A stretch of 43,960 nucleotides of DNA from a virus. Taxonomy: Duplodnaviria > Caudoviricetes. The position numbers and the translations under genes are program-made. Under the pieces are notes generated by a model. The model had not been told where the DNA came from. It saw only the letters and a program-made list of their open reading frames with translations, and searched no databases. Position 1 is the first letter of the stretch. Each line of letters starts with the position of its first letter. Location: IMG/VR virus record IMGVR_UViG_3300022671_000006, positions 1 through 43,960 of that record. One strand, 5' to 3'. Below are positions 28,702 to 36,871 of the stretch, in pieces.

Positions 28702-29097
28702 ATGAAAATAAAAATGATGCTAATGGTACTCGCGTTGTGCGCGGCTTCAGCACACGCGTGGGAAAAGAAAGCGAATCCGGATCGGTTCACAAGTGTTGGT
28801 ATAAACTTAACTGGCCAAAGCGCCAACGGGATATGGGACACCACCCTAAGAAACACTTTGGGAAATCAATCGGTTAAAACCAACGCATCCATGTTCGTGG
28901 TGGATCTGCGCGTGCCAGTTACAAACTGGATGACCCTCAACACCGCGGTGGGGTTAACGTCCGTAACGTTAGAGGCCGAAGAGACGCCTTACCTCGCCGG
29001 TCAGAAGGTTAACCAGAGCGGCGGGATGTTCAGCGTCGGCGCTCGGTTCTACTTTAATTCAAACCGCGCCATAAACTACATGGGAAGGAGTCGTTGA
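28702..29097 (+). CDS. exported protein with outer-membrane beta-barrel-like strands
   Basis: Sec signal peptide ending ASAHA; alternating beta-strands; FSVGARFYF near the C-terminus. Confidence 0.7.
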   Translation: MKIKMMLMVLALCAASAHAWEKKANPDRFTSVGINLTGQSANGIWDTTLRNTLGNQSVKTNASMFVVDLRVPVTNWMTLNTAVGLTSVTLEAEETPYLAGQKVNQSGGMFSVGARFYFNSNRAINYMGRSR

Positions 29098-29243
29098 TGG
29101 AGGTACTACACGGGTTTTTGGTGGCCTGTTGGGTCATCAACACAACAATTTTCTTAATCTTTCTTTACAAGCTCGGAAATTGGGCGGTAAAGCGGATGCG
29201 AGAAAAACGGATGAAGCAGTTGGAGTTCGACTTCAACGAATAA
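29097..29243 (+). CDS. 48-aa single-pass membrane protein ending QLEFDFNE
   Basis: Manual translation MEVLHGFLVACWVINTTIFLIFLYKLGNWAVKRMREKRMKQLEFDFNE; AAGGAG RBS; TGATG coupling. Confidence 0.7.
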   Translation: MEVLHGFLVACWVINTTIFLIFLYKLGNWAVKRMREKRMKQLEFDFNE

Positions 29244-29277
29244 AAAATGTCGCCAATGCCGACAAGGAGAAAACAAA

Positions 29278-29880
29278 ATGGATAAGTTAACAACACCGAC
29301 GTTCAGAGTATCGTTCCCAAATGTGTTCGAGCCTAAAGTGTACGGAAACGGGAAACCGAAATTCAGTATTACTATGCTCGTTCCCAAATCGGAGAACATC
29401 GACAACATCAAAAGCGCGATGCGTGCCGCGGTCGAAGAGAAGTGGCCCGACGCCAACAAACGCCCGAAGAAACTTCATAACCCTATCAAAGATGGTGATA
29501 CGGATATGATGGAAGATGGCACTCTTCGGAAAGACAAGTATCCGGAAATGGCCGGCCATTGGGTCTTCACCGCTTCGAGTGTGAGCCGCCCCGGAGTGGT
29601 TGACCGAAACGTGCAGCCCATTCTTGATGCGGAAGAGTTCTACCCCGGATGCTACGCACGGGCCACCGTTCACGTCTATGCGTATGCGCCTTCCAAGAAT
29701 AACCCTCAATCCAAGTATGGCGTGGCCATCGGATTGAATAACATTCAGAAGGTGAAAGACGGGGAAGCGTTTAGCGGCCGCTCTAAACCGCAAGACGACT
29801 TCAGCGCCCTTGGCGAAGACTCCGATTTTGCCAACGATCCACAAGCGGCCAAGCCCGCGGGCGATGGCATGTTTGATTAG
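29278..29880 (+). CDS. DUF2815 single-stranded DNA-binding protein (gp2.5-like)
   Basis: RVSFPNVFEP, PIKDGD, FYPGCYARA and GLNNIQKVKDGE motifs; acidic C-terminal tail. Confidence 0.9.
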   Translation: MDKLTTPTFRVSFPNVFEPKVYGNGKPKFSITMLVPKSENIDNIKSAMRAAVEEKWPDANKRPKKLHNPIKDGDTDMMEDGTLRKDKYPEMAGHWVFTASSVSRPGVVDRNVQPILDAEEFYPGCYARATVHVYAYAPSKNNPQSKYGVAIGLNNIQKVKDGEAFSGRSKPQDDFSALGEDSDFANDPQAAKPAGDGMFD

Positions 29881-29890
29881 GGAGATCAGT

Positions 29891-30070
29891 ATGAAATGTA
29901 TGCAACACGACGGAGAAGTGAGTGATCCTATCTACATCGTTCATGTAGATAAATCGACTTGCTTAGAGAAGAAAAGAATCGGCCCTTTTTGCGACCATGA
30001 TTGTGTTCGCCAATGGGTTGAGAAATCCCACGAAAAAGTAGCATTAGAGTTAGTTAAAGAAGGTGTCTGA
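29891..30070 (+). CDS. small putative Zn-binding protein
   Basis: MKCMQH...FCDHDC, 59 aa; GGAG RBS. Confidence 0.65.
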   Translation: MKCMQHDGEVSDPIYIVHVDKSTCLEKKRIGPFCDHDCVRQWVEKSHEKVALELVKEGV

Positions 30071-30143
30071 ATTAAGACGTTAGCCGGTGGCCTTGCGTTG
30101 CTCGGAGGGGGTACGGGCCACCGGCACGTCAATGGAGGATTAA

Positions 30144-30245
30144 ATGGATGGAAATACGAACCCCCCGGAAATTGAACAATGCTCTTGCGGGGAAATAAAA
30201 GTTGGCGGGATGTGTCCGAAGTGCGACTTAGGGGAAAGTGTTTAA
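30144..30245 (+). CDS. 33-aa Cys4 micro-protein
   Basis: MDGNTNPPEIEQCSCGEIKVGGMCPKCDLGESV; GGAGGA RBS. Confidence 0.55.
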   Translation: MDGNTNPPEIEQCSCGEIKVGGMCPKCDLGESV

Positions 30246-30380
30246 ATGGTTTTTAAATTGATCGGCATAATTATAATTTTCTTTCTTATGTTCACAATTA
30301 TTTGGTGGGCTGCGTATTCGATTGGATACCATAGCGGCTATGACCGAGGATGGCGCGACAAGCGCAGATCGCAAATATAA
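30246..30380 (+). CDS. 44-aa single-pass membrane protein
   Basis: MVFKLIGIIIIFFLMFTIIWWAAYSIGYHSGYDRGWRDKRRSQI; abuts the previous stop. Confidence 0.6.
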   Translation: MVFKLIGIIIIFFLMFTIIWWAAYSIGYHSGYDRGWRDKRRSQI

Positions 30381-30465
30381 TTTTAGCCGCGGGCGGGGGA
30401 GTGGTTGCCCCCGTTAAAGGAAACCCAAATAAGACAAATAACAGGCCGCGGCCTTTAGAGGATTT

Positions 30466-32430
30466 ATGAAAATAACATTGGACTTCGAGACACGAAGCCG
30501 AGTAGATTTAAAAGCGCAAGGCGTGTATAACTACGCCCGGCATGAGAGTACGGAAATACTTTGCGCGGCGGTGAAAGTTGATGATGGCCCGACCCGGTAT
30601 TGGGTGCCGGCAAAATTCCGCCACATCGTTCCGACCCAAATCTCCGAAGCCTCTTTCATCACGATAATGTTGGAAGGCAAAATCTTCGAGGCTCATAACG
30701 CGCAATTTGAGCGGCTGCTTTGGCTTGAGACAATGGTGAAGCGCCACGGGTACCCGGCTATTATGTTGAACCAATGGCGCTGCACCGCCGCGCTTGCGGC
30801 CGCGTATTCTCTTCCCCGGAGTCTTGGCGAAGCGTGCAAAGCATTAAACCTTCCCGAACAAAAAGACCTCGCCGGCTATTGGATAATGATGAGGATGTGT
30901 AAGCCGCGCAAACCCACGATTGCGGATCCCGTTTCTGAGTGGAATGAACACCCCGATGACTTCCGAAAGCTTTGTGAGTATTGCGCACAAGACGTGGAGG
31001 CGGAATACGCGCTGTCCAATAAACTACACGACCTTCCAAAAAGTGAATGGGATCTTTACCACCTCGATCAAAAGATCAACGACCGTGGTATTTTAATTGA
31101 CCGGAAGGCAGTAGCAAATCTTAAGAAGAAAGTAAAATCAAAAGAGAAAAAACTTTTGATCGAAATGCAGAGCCTCACAAATAACCACGTAAAAACTGCG
31201 AAACAACTTGACAAACTGCTCGAATGGTTAGACCAAAATGGTTGCCCAATGGAAGACCTTTCCAAGAATGAGGTTGAGCTTACGTTAGAAGATCCGAACT
31301 TATCTCCGCGGGTGCGCCGCGCCTTGGAGATCCGGAAATCTTTGGCGCTTAGTTCAGTGTCAAAACTCGAAGCGATGGAAAACCTCATGTGTGAAGATGA
31401 CCGGGTGCGCGGCACGCTGCTCTTCCACGGGGCCAACACCGGCCGGTGGAGTGCCACTAAATTACAGACCCAAAACTTCCCCCGCAGTAAATTTGAAACT
31501 GAAGATGTTGAATTTATATTGAAGAGCGCCTATCCGGAAATAGAAATGCTCCACGACGATGTGATTTTCGCGGTATCCAAAAGCCTCCGGGGTATGATTA
31601 TCGCGCCACCCGATCAAGTGTTGGCGTGCAGCGATTATAGTTCGGTGGAGGCGCGAGCGGTGGCGTGGTTGGCCGGCGAGTTGCACGTCTTAAAAGCTTT
31701 TCAAGAAGGGAAGGATCTCTACAAGGTGGCGGCCGATAATATCTACGGTTGCGGCTACGACAACGTGACGAAAGATCAACGGATGATCGGGAAGGTGGCC
31801 ACCCTCGCGTTGGGGTATCAGGGTTGGTTGGGCGCGTTTCATTCGATGGCGAAGGGTTATAGTCTAAAACTCGAAGATGACGAAGCTGAAAAGATTATCA
31901 TAAATTGGCGTGAGGCGCACCCAAATATCAGAAAACTTTGGCGCGGTCTTGAGTGGGCGGCGATGGAAACGGTGAAGACCGGCGCATCAAATTCCTATGG
32001 CCCCATCCGATTCGGGATCCGAAACAATTTTCTCCACATGCGGTTACCTTCGGGTCGGCTCCTAGCCTATTATGATCCTCAAATCAGAAAGGTGGATACC
32101 AAGTACGAAACCGGAAAAGAAGTTGTCACTTTTATGGGTGTCAATTCCTTTACCCGGAAGTGGTGCCGGATGGCCACCTATGGCGGAAAGCTCACCGAAA
32201 ACGCCACGCAAGCCACCGCCAGAGACTTATTAAAACATTCCTTATTTAACTTTGACCGTCGAAACTATAATATAGTCGGCCACGTTCACGACGAAATCCA
32301 ATCTGAGGTAGACGAAGCGGGGTTTAATTTGAAAGAATACGACCGCATCATGGCTGAAACGCCTGAATGGGCGGTCGGTTTGCCGCTTGAAGCTGAAGGA
32401 TTCACAAGTAAACGGTATCGAAAGGGGTAG
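30466..32430 (+). CDS. polA: family A DNA polymerase with 3'-5' exonuclease
   Basis: ExoI LDFETRS, motif A DYSSVEAR, motif B RMIGKVATLALGY, motif C VHDE. Confidence 0.93.
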   Translation: MKITLDFETRSRVDLKAQGVYNYARHESTEILCAAVKVDDGPTRYWVPAKFRHIVPTQISEASFITIMLEGKIFEAHNAQFERLLWLETMVKRHGYPAIMLNQWRCTAALAAAYSLPRSLGEACKALNLPEQKDLAGYWIMMRMCKPRKPTIADPVSEWNEHPDDFRKLCEYCAQDVEAEYALSNKLHDLPKSEWDLYHLDQKINDRGILIDRKAVANLKKKVKSKEKKLLIEMQSLTNNHVKTAKQLDKLLEWLDQNGCPMEDLSKNEVELTLEDPNLSPRVRRALEIRKSLALSSVSKLEAMENLMCEDDRVRGTLLFHGANTGRWSATKLQTQNFPRSKFETEDVEFILKSAYPEIEMLHDDVIFAVSKSLRGMIIAPPDQVLACSDYSSVEARAVAWLAGELHVLKAFQEGKDLYKVAADNIYGCGYDNVTKDQRMIGKVATLALGYQGWLGAFHSMAKGYSLKLEDDEAEKIIINWREAHPNIRKLWRGLEWAAMETVKTGASNSYGPIRFGIRNNFLHMRLPSGRLLAYYDPQIRKVDTKYETGKEVVTFMGVNSFTRKWCRMATYGGKLTENATQATARDLLKHSLFNFDRRNYNIVGHVHDEIQSEVDEAGFNLKEYDRIMAETPEWAVGLPLEAEGFTSKRYRKG

Positions 32431-32433
32431 CTA

Positions 32434-32607
32434 ATGATTTGCGCTAAATGTAAAAAAGTGTTCCGACTTAACCCGATGGATCCGGATGTCGTGCTTTGTG
32501 ATGATTGTATCCAAGAATCCAAAGACTCTTTAAAACCTTGTGAATGTCCACACGATCCACCCGCCGATGTCAGTGGCCTCTGTACCTTCTGCCACGGGCC
32601 GAAATAA
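32434..32607 (+). CDS. 57-aa double zinc-finger protein
   Basis: Manual translation MICAKCKKVFRLNPMDPDVVLCDDCIQESKDSLKPCECPHDPPADVSGLCTFCHGPK; fills the gap between polA and the methyltransferase. Confidence 0.7.
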   Translation: MICAKCKKVFRLNPMDPDVVLCDDCIQESKDSLKPCECPHDPPADVSGLCTFCHGPK

Positions 32608-33156
32608 ATGGCGCATAAGCAGCAACAAGATTATTGCCTTCAAATCGCAGCGGCGTGGCCCGAACACTTCCGCTTCAAAAAAGTGTTGGATGTTGGCTCG
32701 TTGGATATTAACGGGTCGAATAAAGGTCTGTTTTTGAACTGCGACTACACCGGGTTGGATATCGCTGCCGGAAAAAATGTCGATATCGTTTCCCGCTGCC
32801 ATGAGTTCCTTATTCCATCCGCTACTTTCGACACAATCATTTCAACCGAGTGCTTTGAGCATGATATGTTCTACGATAAATCGTTGGCTAATATCGTGCG
32901 GATACTCAAACCCGGCGGCTTCTTCATTTTCACATGCGCCACGGTTGGGCGTCCGGAGCATGGGACGCCTCGAACTTCCCCCACCGATTCCCCTTTTACA
33001 TCAAAGACCCCTTCGTGGGCGGCGTATTATAAAAATCTTGAAGAGTCGGACATTCGCGCCGCCATCCCGGTTGACGAAATCTTTTCTGAATACAAATTCG
33101 ACGTGAGCCACGAAGTTCACGACCTCCGTTTCTACGGAATAAAAAAGGAGAACTAA
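32608..33156 (+). CDS. class I SAM-dependent methyltransferase (small-molecule/glycan type)
   Basis: VLDVGS motif I, YTGLDI, FDTIISTECFEH and LKPGG; lacks DNA MTase DPPY/NPPY/PCQ motifs. Confidence 0.88.
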   Translation: MAHKQQQDYCLQIAAAWPEHFRFKKVLDVGSLDINGSNKGLFLNCDYTGLDIAAGKNVDIVSRCHEFLIPSATFDTIISTECFEHDMFYDKSLANIVRILKPGGFFIFTCATVGRPEHGTPRTSPTDSPFTSKTPSWAAYYKNLEESDIRAAIPVDEIFSEYKFDVSHEVHDLRFYGIKKEN

Positions 33157-34380
33157 ATGCTTGTATCCATAATCATCCCCGTCATTCGACCCGACAAAGC
33201 CAAACGGTGCATCGCTGCAATCGAAGCCAACGCCGGCATCCCTCGCCCCAAATTCGAGATCATAGCTGAAGAAGATACCGAAAGGATCGGTTGTCCTAAG
33301 ATGGTGGCCAAGTTGGTGGCGAAAGCGAAGGGGGATATGGTCTGTTTCTTAGGGGATGACACAATCCCACAACCGGGGTTCTTGAATGAGGCGCTGAACG
33401 CGATGGCGGCTTTCCTTGACGGGTGGGGGTTGGTTGGGTTTAACGATAACCCCGACGCCGCGCGGTCATGCACGCATTGGCTTGCGCACACAAAATTGCT
33501 GCCACACCTCGACGGTGAGTTCTTCCACACCGGATACAAGCATTGTTTCTGCGATAACGAATTGAAGACCAGAGCGCAAGCTTTGGGCCGCTACATTTAT
33601 GCCTATAACGCTATCCTCAAGCACGACCACGTTGCATTTGAAGGTGGCGACGCATTAAAACAGATTCAAGAAAAAGGGGATGAAGACTTAAAACGGGCGT
33701 ACTCTCATTATAAAGAAGACATGGCCCTTTACAAGAGCCGGCTCTTATCTCAGTGGGGGAAGGTAAAGTCGCCACAACAAAACAAACCCACCCGTGTGGC
33801 TATCGGTGTACCAAGTGGCGATTTCATCCACGCCGATTTCGCGCTTAGTCTTCTAAACCTCTGCCTCGTTTCACTTATGCGCGGCGTCCACTCCGCGGTC
33901 ATCAACCACAAATCCGCGTTAGTGGAAGCCGGCCGAAATGAGATCATCCGACAAGCGATTGATATGAAAGCGGATCACGTATTCTTCTTGGATGCGGATA
34001 TGACCTTCCCATCCGATACGCTGCTGCGCCTTTTAAGCCACGGTCTTGATGTTGTAGGGTGCGACGCGTCCCGGCGTCGAGAACCCTTCACCTCTGTTGT
34101 TAAGGATTTAAACAACAAACCAATCGACTATACCAACTGCAAGCCTTTGGAAAAGTTGAGCGGCGCGTCTTCCGCGTGCCAACTCATTAAAATGTCCGTC
34201 TTCGATAAATTGAAAAGCCCTTATTTCCGCGTGGAGTGGGTCGGAGAAAATAAATTCACCGGGGAAGATTATGTTTTCTCTAAAGCGCTGCGAGACGCCG
34301 GGTTTAAAGTGTGGTGTGATACCAAGCTCTCGCGCGAAATCGGCCATCTAGGGGTGAAAGAATTTAAAATTAAGGCTTAA
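33157..34380 (+). CDS. two-domain GT2-family glycosyltransferase
   Basis: Domain 1: VSIIIP, FLGDD, HCFCDNE. Domain 2: VAIGVP, FFLDADM, GEDYVF, IGHLG. Confidence 0.85.
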   Translation: MLVSIIIPVIRPDKAKRCIAAIEANAGIPRPKFEIIAEEDTERIGCPKMVAKLVAKAKGDMVCFLGDDTIPQPGFLNEALNAMAAFLDGWGLVGFNDNPDAARSCTHWLAHTKLLPHLDGEFFHTGYKHCFCDNELKTRAQALGRYIYAYNAILKHDHVAFEGGDALKQIQEKGDEDLKRAYSHYKEDMALYKSRLLSQWGKVKSPQQNKPTRVAIGVPSGDFIHADFALSLLNLCLVSLMRGVHSAVINHKSALVEAGRNEIIRQAIDMKADHVFFLDADMTFPSDTLLRLLSHGLDVVGCDASRRREPFTSVVKDLNNKPIDYTNCKPLEKLSGASSACQLIKMSVFDKLKSPYFRVEWVGENKFTGEDYVFSKALRDAGFKVWCDTKLSREIGHLGVKEFKIKA

Positions 34381-34412
34381 ACCCGCTGATAATTTTGGAA
34401 AATGTCGGGGTA

Positions 34413-34643
34413 ATGGAAAACCCTACCCCAAAAAAGAAAAAAACTCACATCCGTGTCAATACCCTTGATGGAAAATTGATAAAGAAGATTGTCGCAGAAT
34501 CGCTCGACGAAAAATATATTGGTAGACTTGTTCACAACATTTTAAAAGAGATCGATTCGGGGGTGGCCTATGTCGATTGGAGTGAAGTCGAACGAAGACG
34601 AAGACAAATCGAAGCACGAAGACGAAAGGAAAAAAGATCATAA
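34413..34643 (+). CDS. small basic protein, possibly ribbon-helix-helix DNA binding
   Basis: KTHIRV strand followed by two helices; 76 aa. Confidence 0.55.
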   Translation: MENPTPKKKKTHIRVNTLDGKLIKKIVAESLDEKYIGRLVHNILKEIDSGVAYVDWSEVERRRRQIEARRRKEKRS

Positions 34644-34803
34644 CTGCGAAGGCCCGCTCGCCTTCCAAGGATACGCCCACCTTAAAGTTCATAAGCAGAA
34701 CAATCCCACCGGTTTTTGGATGTATGGTTTTGTTAATATCTATCAGTGTTCAATATGCGGTGAGTGTGTTGGCACAATCAACGATACAAAAGTGAGGGTC
34801 TAA
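34570..34803 (+). CDS. small putative Zn-ribbon protein
   Basis: HNC...CSICG; overlaps the previous ORF, start uncertain. Confidence 0.5.
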   Translation: MSIGVKSNEDEDKSKHEDERKKDHNCEGPLAFQGYAHLKVHKQNNPTGFWMYGFVNIYQCSICGECVGTINDTKVRV

Positions 34804-34805
34804 CT

Positions 34806-35264
34806 ATGCCTTGGAGCGCGTTACCAGAACACATCAACGATCCAGAAGAATGGGAAGGTACAGATTGGGATAACCGGTGGCAGCGGTGGATGCTGCAAAT
34901 TAAAGGTTGGTTTGCCTACGGGCCGCGGGCGAAAGAGTGGTGGGCCAAGTGGCGGCCGGTGCCGAAGGATCTCATCAATATCAACGCCACTCGAAAAGAA
35001 ACGGTCAGTTCATTAGAAGGGGATACTGTAACAATCTATAAATACACTTCCGTCATTCAATACTGGAGCCGGTGGCACCTCTTAATTCAGTGGCCACTCC
35101 ACGTATCTTTTCATGTTTTTTGGCGTAAAAAGACCGTACCTAAGAAGCCGGAGACAAGGGATTTCAAAATTTGGGAAATGATTTACATTCGGTTTGGTGC
35201 GAGGTTTGACAACGATCAAGTATACTGGTTTCCCTCATTCTTCATCGGTGGCGATTTCAACTAA
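34806..35264 (+). CDS. Trp-rich hypothetical protein
   Basis: 152 aa from ATG 34806 (GAGG RBS); last gene of the rightward operon. Confidence 0.7.
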   Translation: MPWSALPEHINDPEEWEGTDWDNRWQRWMLQIKGWFAYGPRAKEWWAKWRPVPKDLININATRKETVSSLEGDTVTIYKYTSVIQYWSRWHLLIQWPLHVSFHVFWRKKTVPKKPETRDFKIWEMIYIRFGARFDNDQVYWFPSFFIGGDFN

Positions 35265-35306
35265 TTCAACTTCGTAATCTTCGTCGGCGGTGGTGAGGGT
35301 TTGAAA

Positions 35307-35335
35307 CCACACCGGCCACGGGGTGTGGCTTATTT
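35307..35335. terminator. hairpin between convergent operons
   Basis: CCACACC-N8-GGTGTGG flanked by AAA and CTTATTT. Confidence 0.5.
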
Positions 35336-35728
35336 GATTCGCGAGACGCGAAAGATAAAGTGTTTCCGTTTCCCCATACATTTCATAAACCTTTTAAACG
35401 TATTCCCGGAGTTTAGGACAGCCCTATCCCCCATCAACTTCCCAAAGTATTGCGCCAAAATGACGCAGCCTTTCGTGTGGCGCACCACGTTCCCCGCATG
35501 GAATAAGACGAAATCCCGGTTGGGTATGTCGGTAATCTCGAATGTCATTCCGTACTTCGGAGACATATAGCGGCTGCAAAGATACACCCCTTCCGGGATG
35601 CAAGAGATACGTTTCTGATTCTTTTTGTCCGGCGGCTCAAGCGTAACGCAAAAGGCTTTCCGATCAACGCGGAGAACGCCAAACGTCCCCTCCGGGCCAT
35701 CCTCAATTCGGATAAGATCGACAATCAT
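35330..35728 (-). CDS. DUF5675 protein (L,D-transpeptidase-like), endolysin candidate
   Basis: GTFGVL, CVTLEP, SCIPEGVY and FHAGN..TKGCVIL His/Cys motif. Confidence 0.78.
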   Translation of the reverse strand: MIVDLIRIEDGPEGTFGVLRVDRKAFCVTLEPPDKKNQKRISCIPEGVYLCSRYMSPKYGMTFEITDIPNRDFVLFHAGNVVRHTKGCVILAQYFGKLMGDRAVLNSGNTFKRFMKCMGKRKHFIFRVSRIK

Positions 35729-36000
35729 TTATCGGCCTTAGTCTTAGCTTCTCCCAACTCTTTTCCAAGTTTGTTCTTCGGATCCCATGTTGGAAAAGCC
35801 GAAACGCAGTTACAAGGAGGCGTTAACTCCGATCCTTCGACAATGATAAGGTCTTCAGACTCCGCCTCAACGTCGCCGCCCTTATGATTTACTCGTTTAG
35901 TTTTTGTTTTGAGATTAAGGTTCTTAACTGTACCCCCGTGTTCATCACATTTGAAGTCCGCTTTCTTTTCGTTTTTGTCAATGTTGTCTGGCCTAATCAT
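35725..36000 (-). CDS. hypothetical protein downstream of tail fibres
   Basis: 91 aa; GGAGGT RBS; ATGA overlap with the DUF5675 gene. Confidence 0.7.
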   Translation of the reverse strand: MIRPDNIDKNEKKADFKCDEHGGTVKNLNLKTKTKRVNHKGGDVEAESEDLIIVEGSELTPPCNCVSAFPTWDPKNKLGKELGEAKTKADK

Positions 36001-36003
36001 TTT

Positions 36004-36867
36004 TTATACCTCCAATTCCACTGTTCTTCCGTAGTTCCATATAAAAACGTTCGATGCGGAGCTTGCGGTACATGCTAACAAGTCTTTTGTAGCCCCGTGG
36101 ATTGTAGTGCCGCCACCGCTTGTCCCTGACGCTACCGTTGTGAGCGTCGGAGTCGCCGCCATTTCGGCTATAAGAGGCATGTATACTTTTGCGGTATTGC
36201 CCGCGGTCACATACATTCCAGACTCTATGTTTGCATATCTCTGGTAATATCTTTGACACCGCATCAACTCCGTTGCCGGGTCTTGAGGCACATAATCCAC
36301 CGCTTTGTCTCCATAGACCATCATAACGTTATCGACGTAATGAGTGGCCACAACCGTTGGCTCCGGGATGAGCCACACCTGAACATCGGAAGTGTTTCCA
36401 AATGTCCTTGTTATCGTAAGCGTTTGCCATGTGCTGTTACCGGGGTGATAAGAACTGTAAGTTCCTGTCGCCCCGTCAAACAATCCGAGTCGAAACGAAT
36501 TAGGTTGGTTGCACCAAACTCTAGCCGACACCGTAACGGTTCGGTTATCAAAATTGTAAGCGCGTGTATGTTGATATGGGTATGTGATGATTCGAGAGAC
36601 ACCAGTCCCGGCGGTGGTAATGTCGATCTTCATACTATACTGGCTGCCGCTTGCAACGGTACTCGACTCTCTGGTAATAGCCCAAACCAAAGAGCCTACC
36701 GAGGCAGAGTTAACTCGCCACCTATCTGCCAACGGAGTGTTATTTGTGGTGGACGTAAATGAGGTTCCTCGCTGCCACACCTCCATCCCTCCGTTCTCTA
36801 ATATGTTCAGCATATTAGCCTTTAAGATGGTTTGGTCTAATATCGCATCTGGAATTGATGTTGTCAT
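36004..36867 (-). CDS. second tail fibre / receptor-binding paralog (carbohydrate-binding-like jelly roll)
   Basis: Start re-called at ATG 36867 (MTTSIPD, GGAGGT RBS); NGGMEVWQRG...ELMRCQRYY shared with the main fibre. Confidence 0.8.
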   Translation of the reverse strand: MTTSIPDAILDQTILKANMLNILENGGMEVWQRGTSFTSTTNNTPLADRWRVNSASVGSLVWAITRESSTVASGSQYSMKIDITTAGTGVSRIITYPYQHTRAYNFDNRTVTVSARVWCNQPNSFRLGLFDGATGTYSSYHPGNSTWQTLTITRTFGNTSDVQVWLIPEPTVVATHYVDNVMMVYGDKAVDYVPQDPATELMRCQRYYQRYANIESGMYVTAGNTAKVYMPLIAEMAATPTLTTVASGTSGGGTTIHGATKDLLACTASSASNVFIWNYGRTVELEV

Positions 36868-36871
36868 TTTT

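Noticed and set aside
30381-30465. Known riboswitch or tRNA upstream of polA
   Set aside because: No cloverleaf or recognisable riboswitch consensus; kept only as an unassigned structure
32608-33156. DNA methyltransferase protecting against restriction
   Set aside because: No DPPY/NPPY/SPPY or PC catalytic motif; small Methyltransf_11-like size
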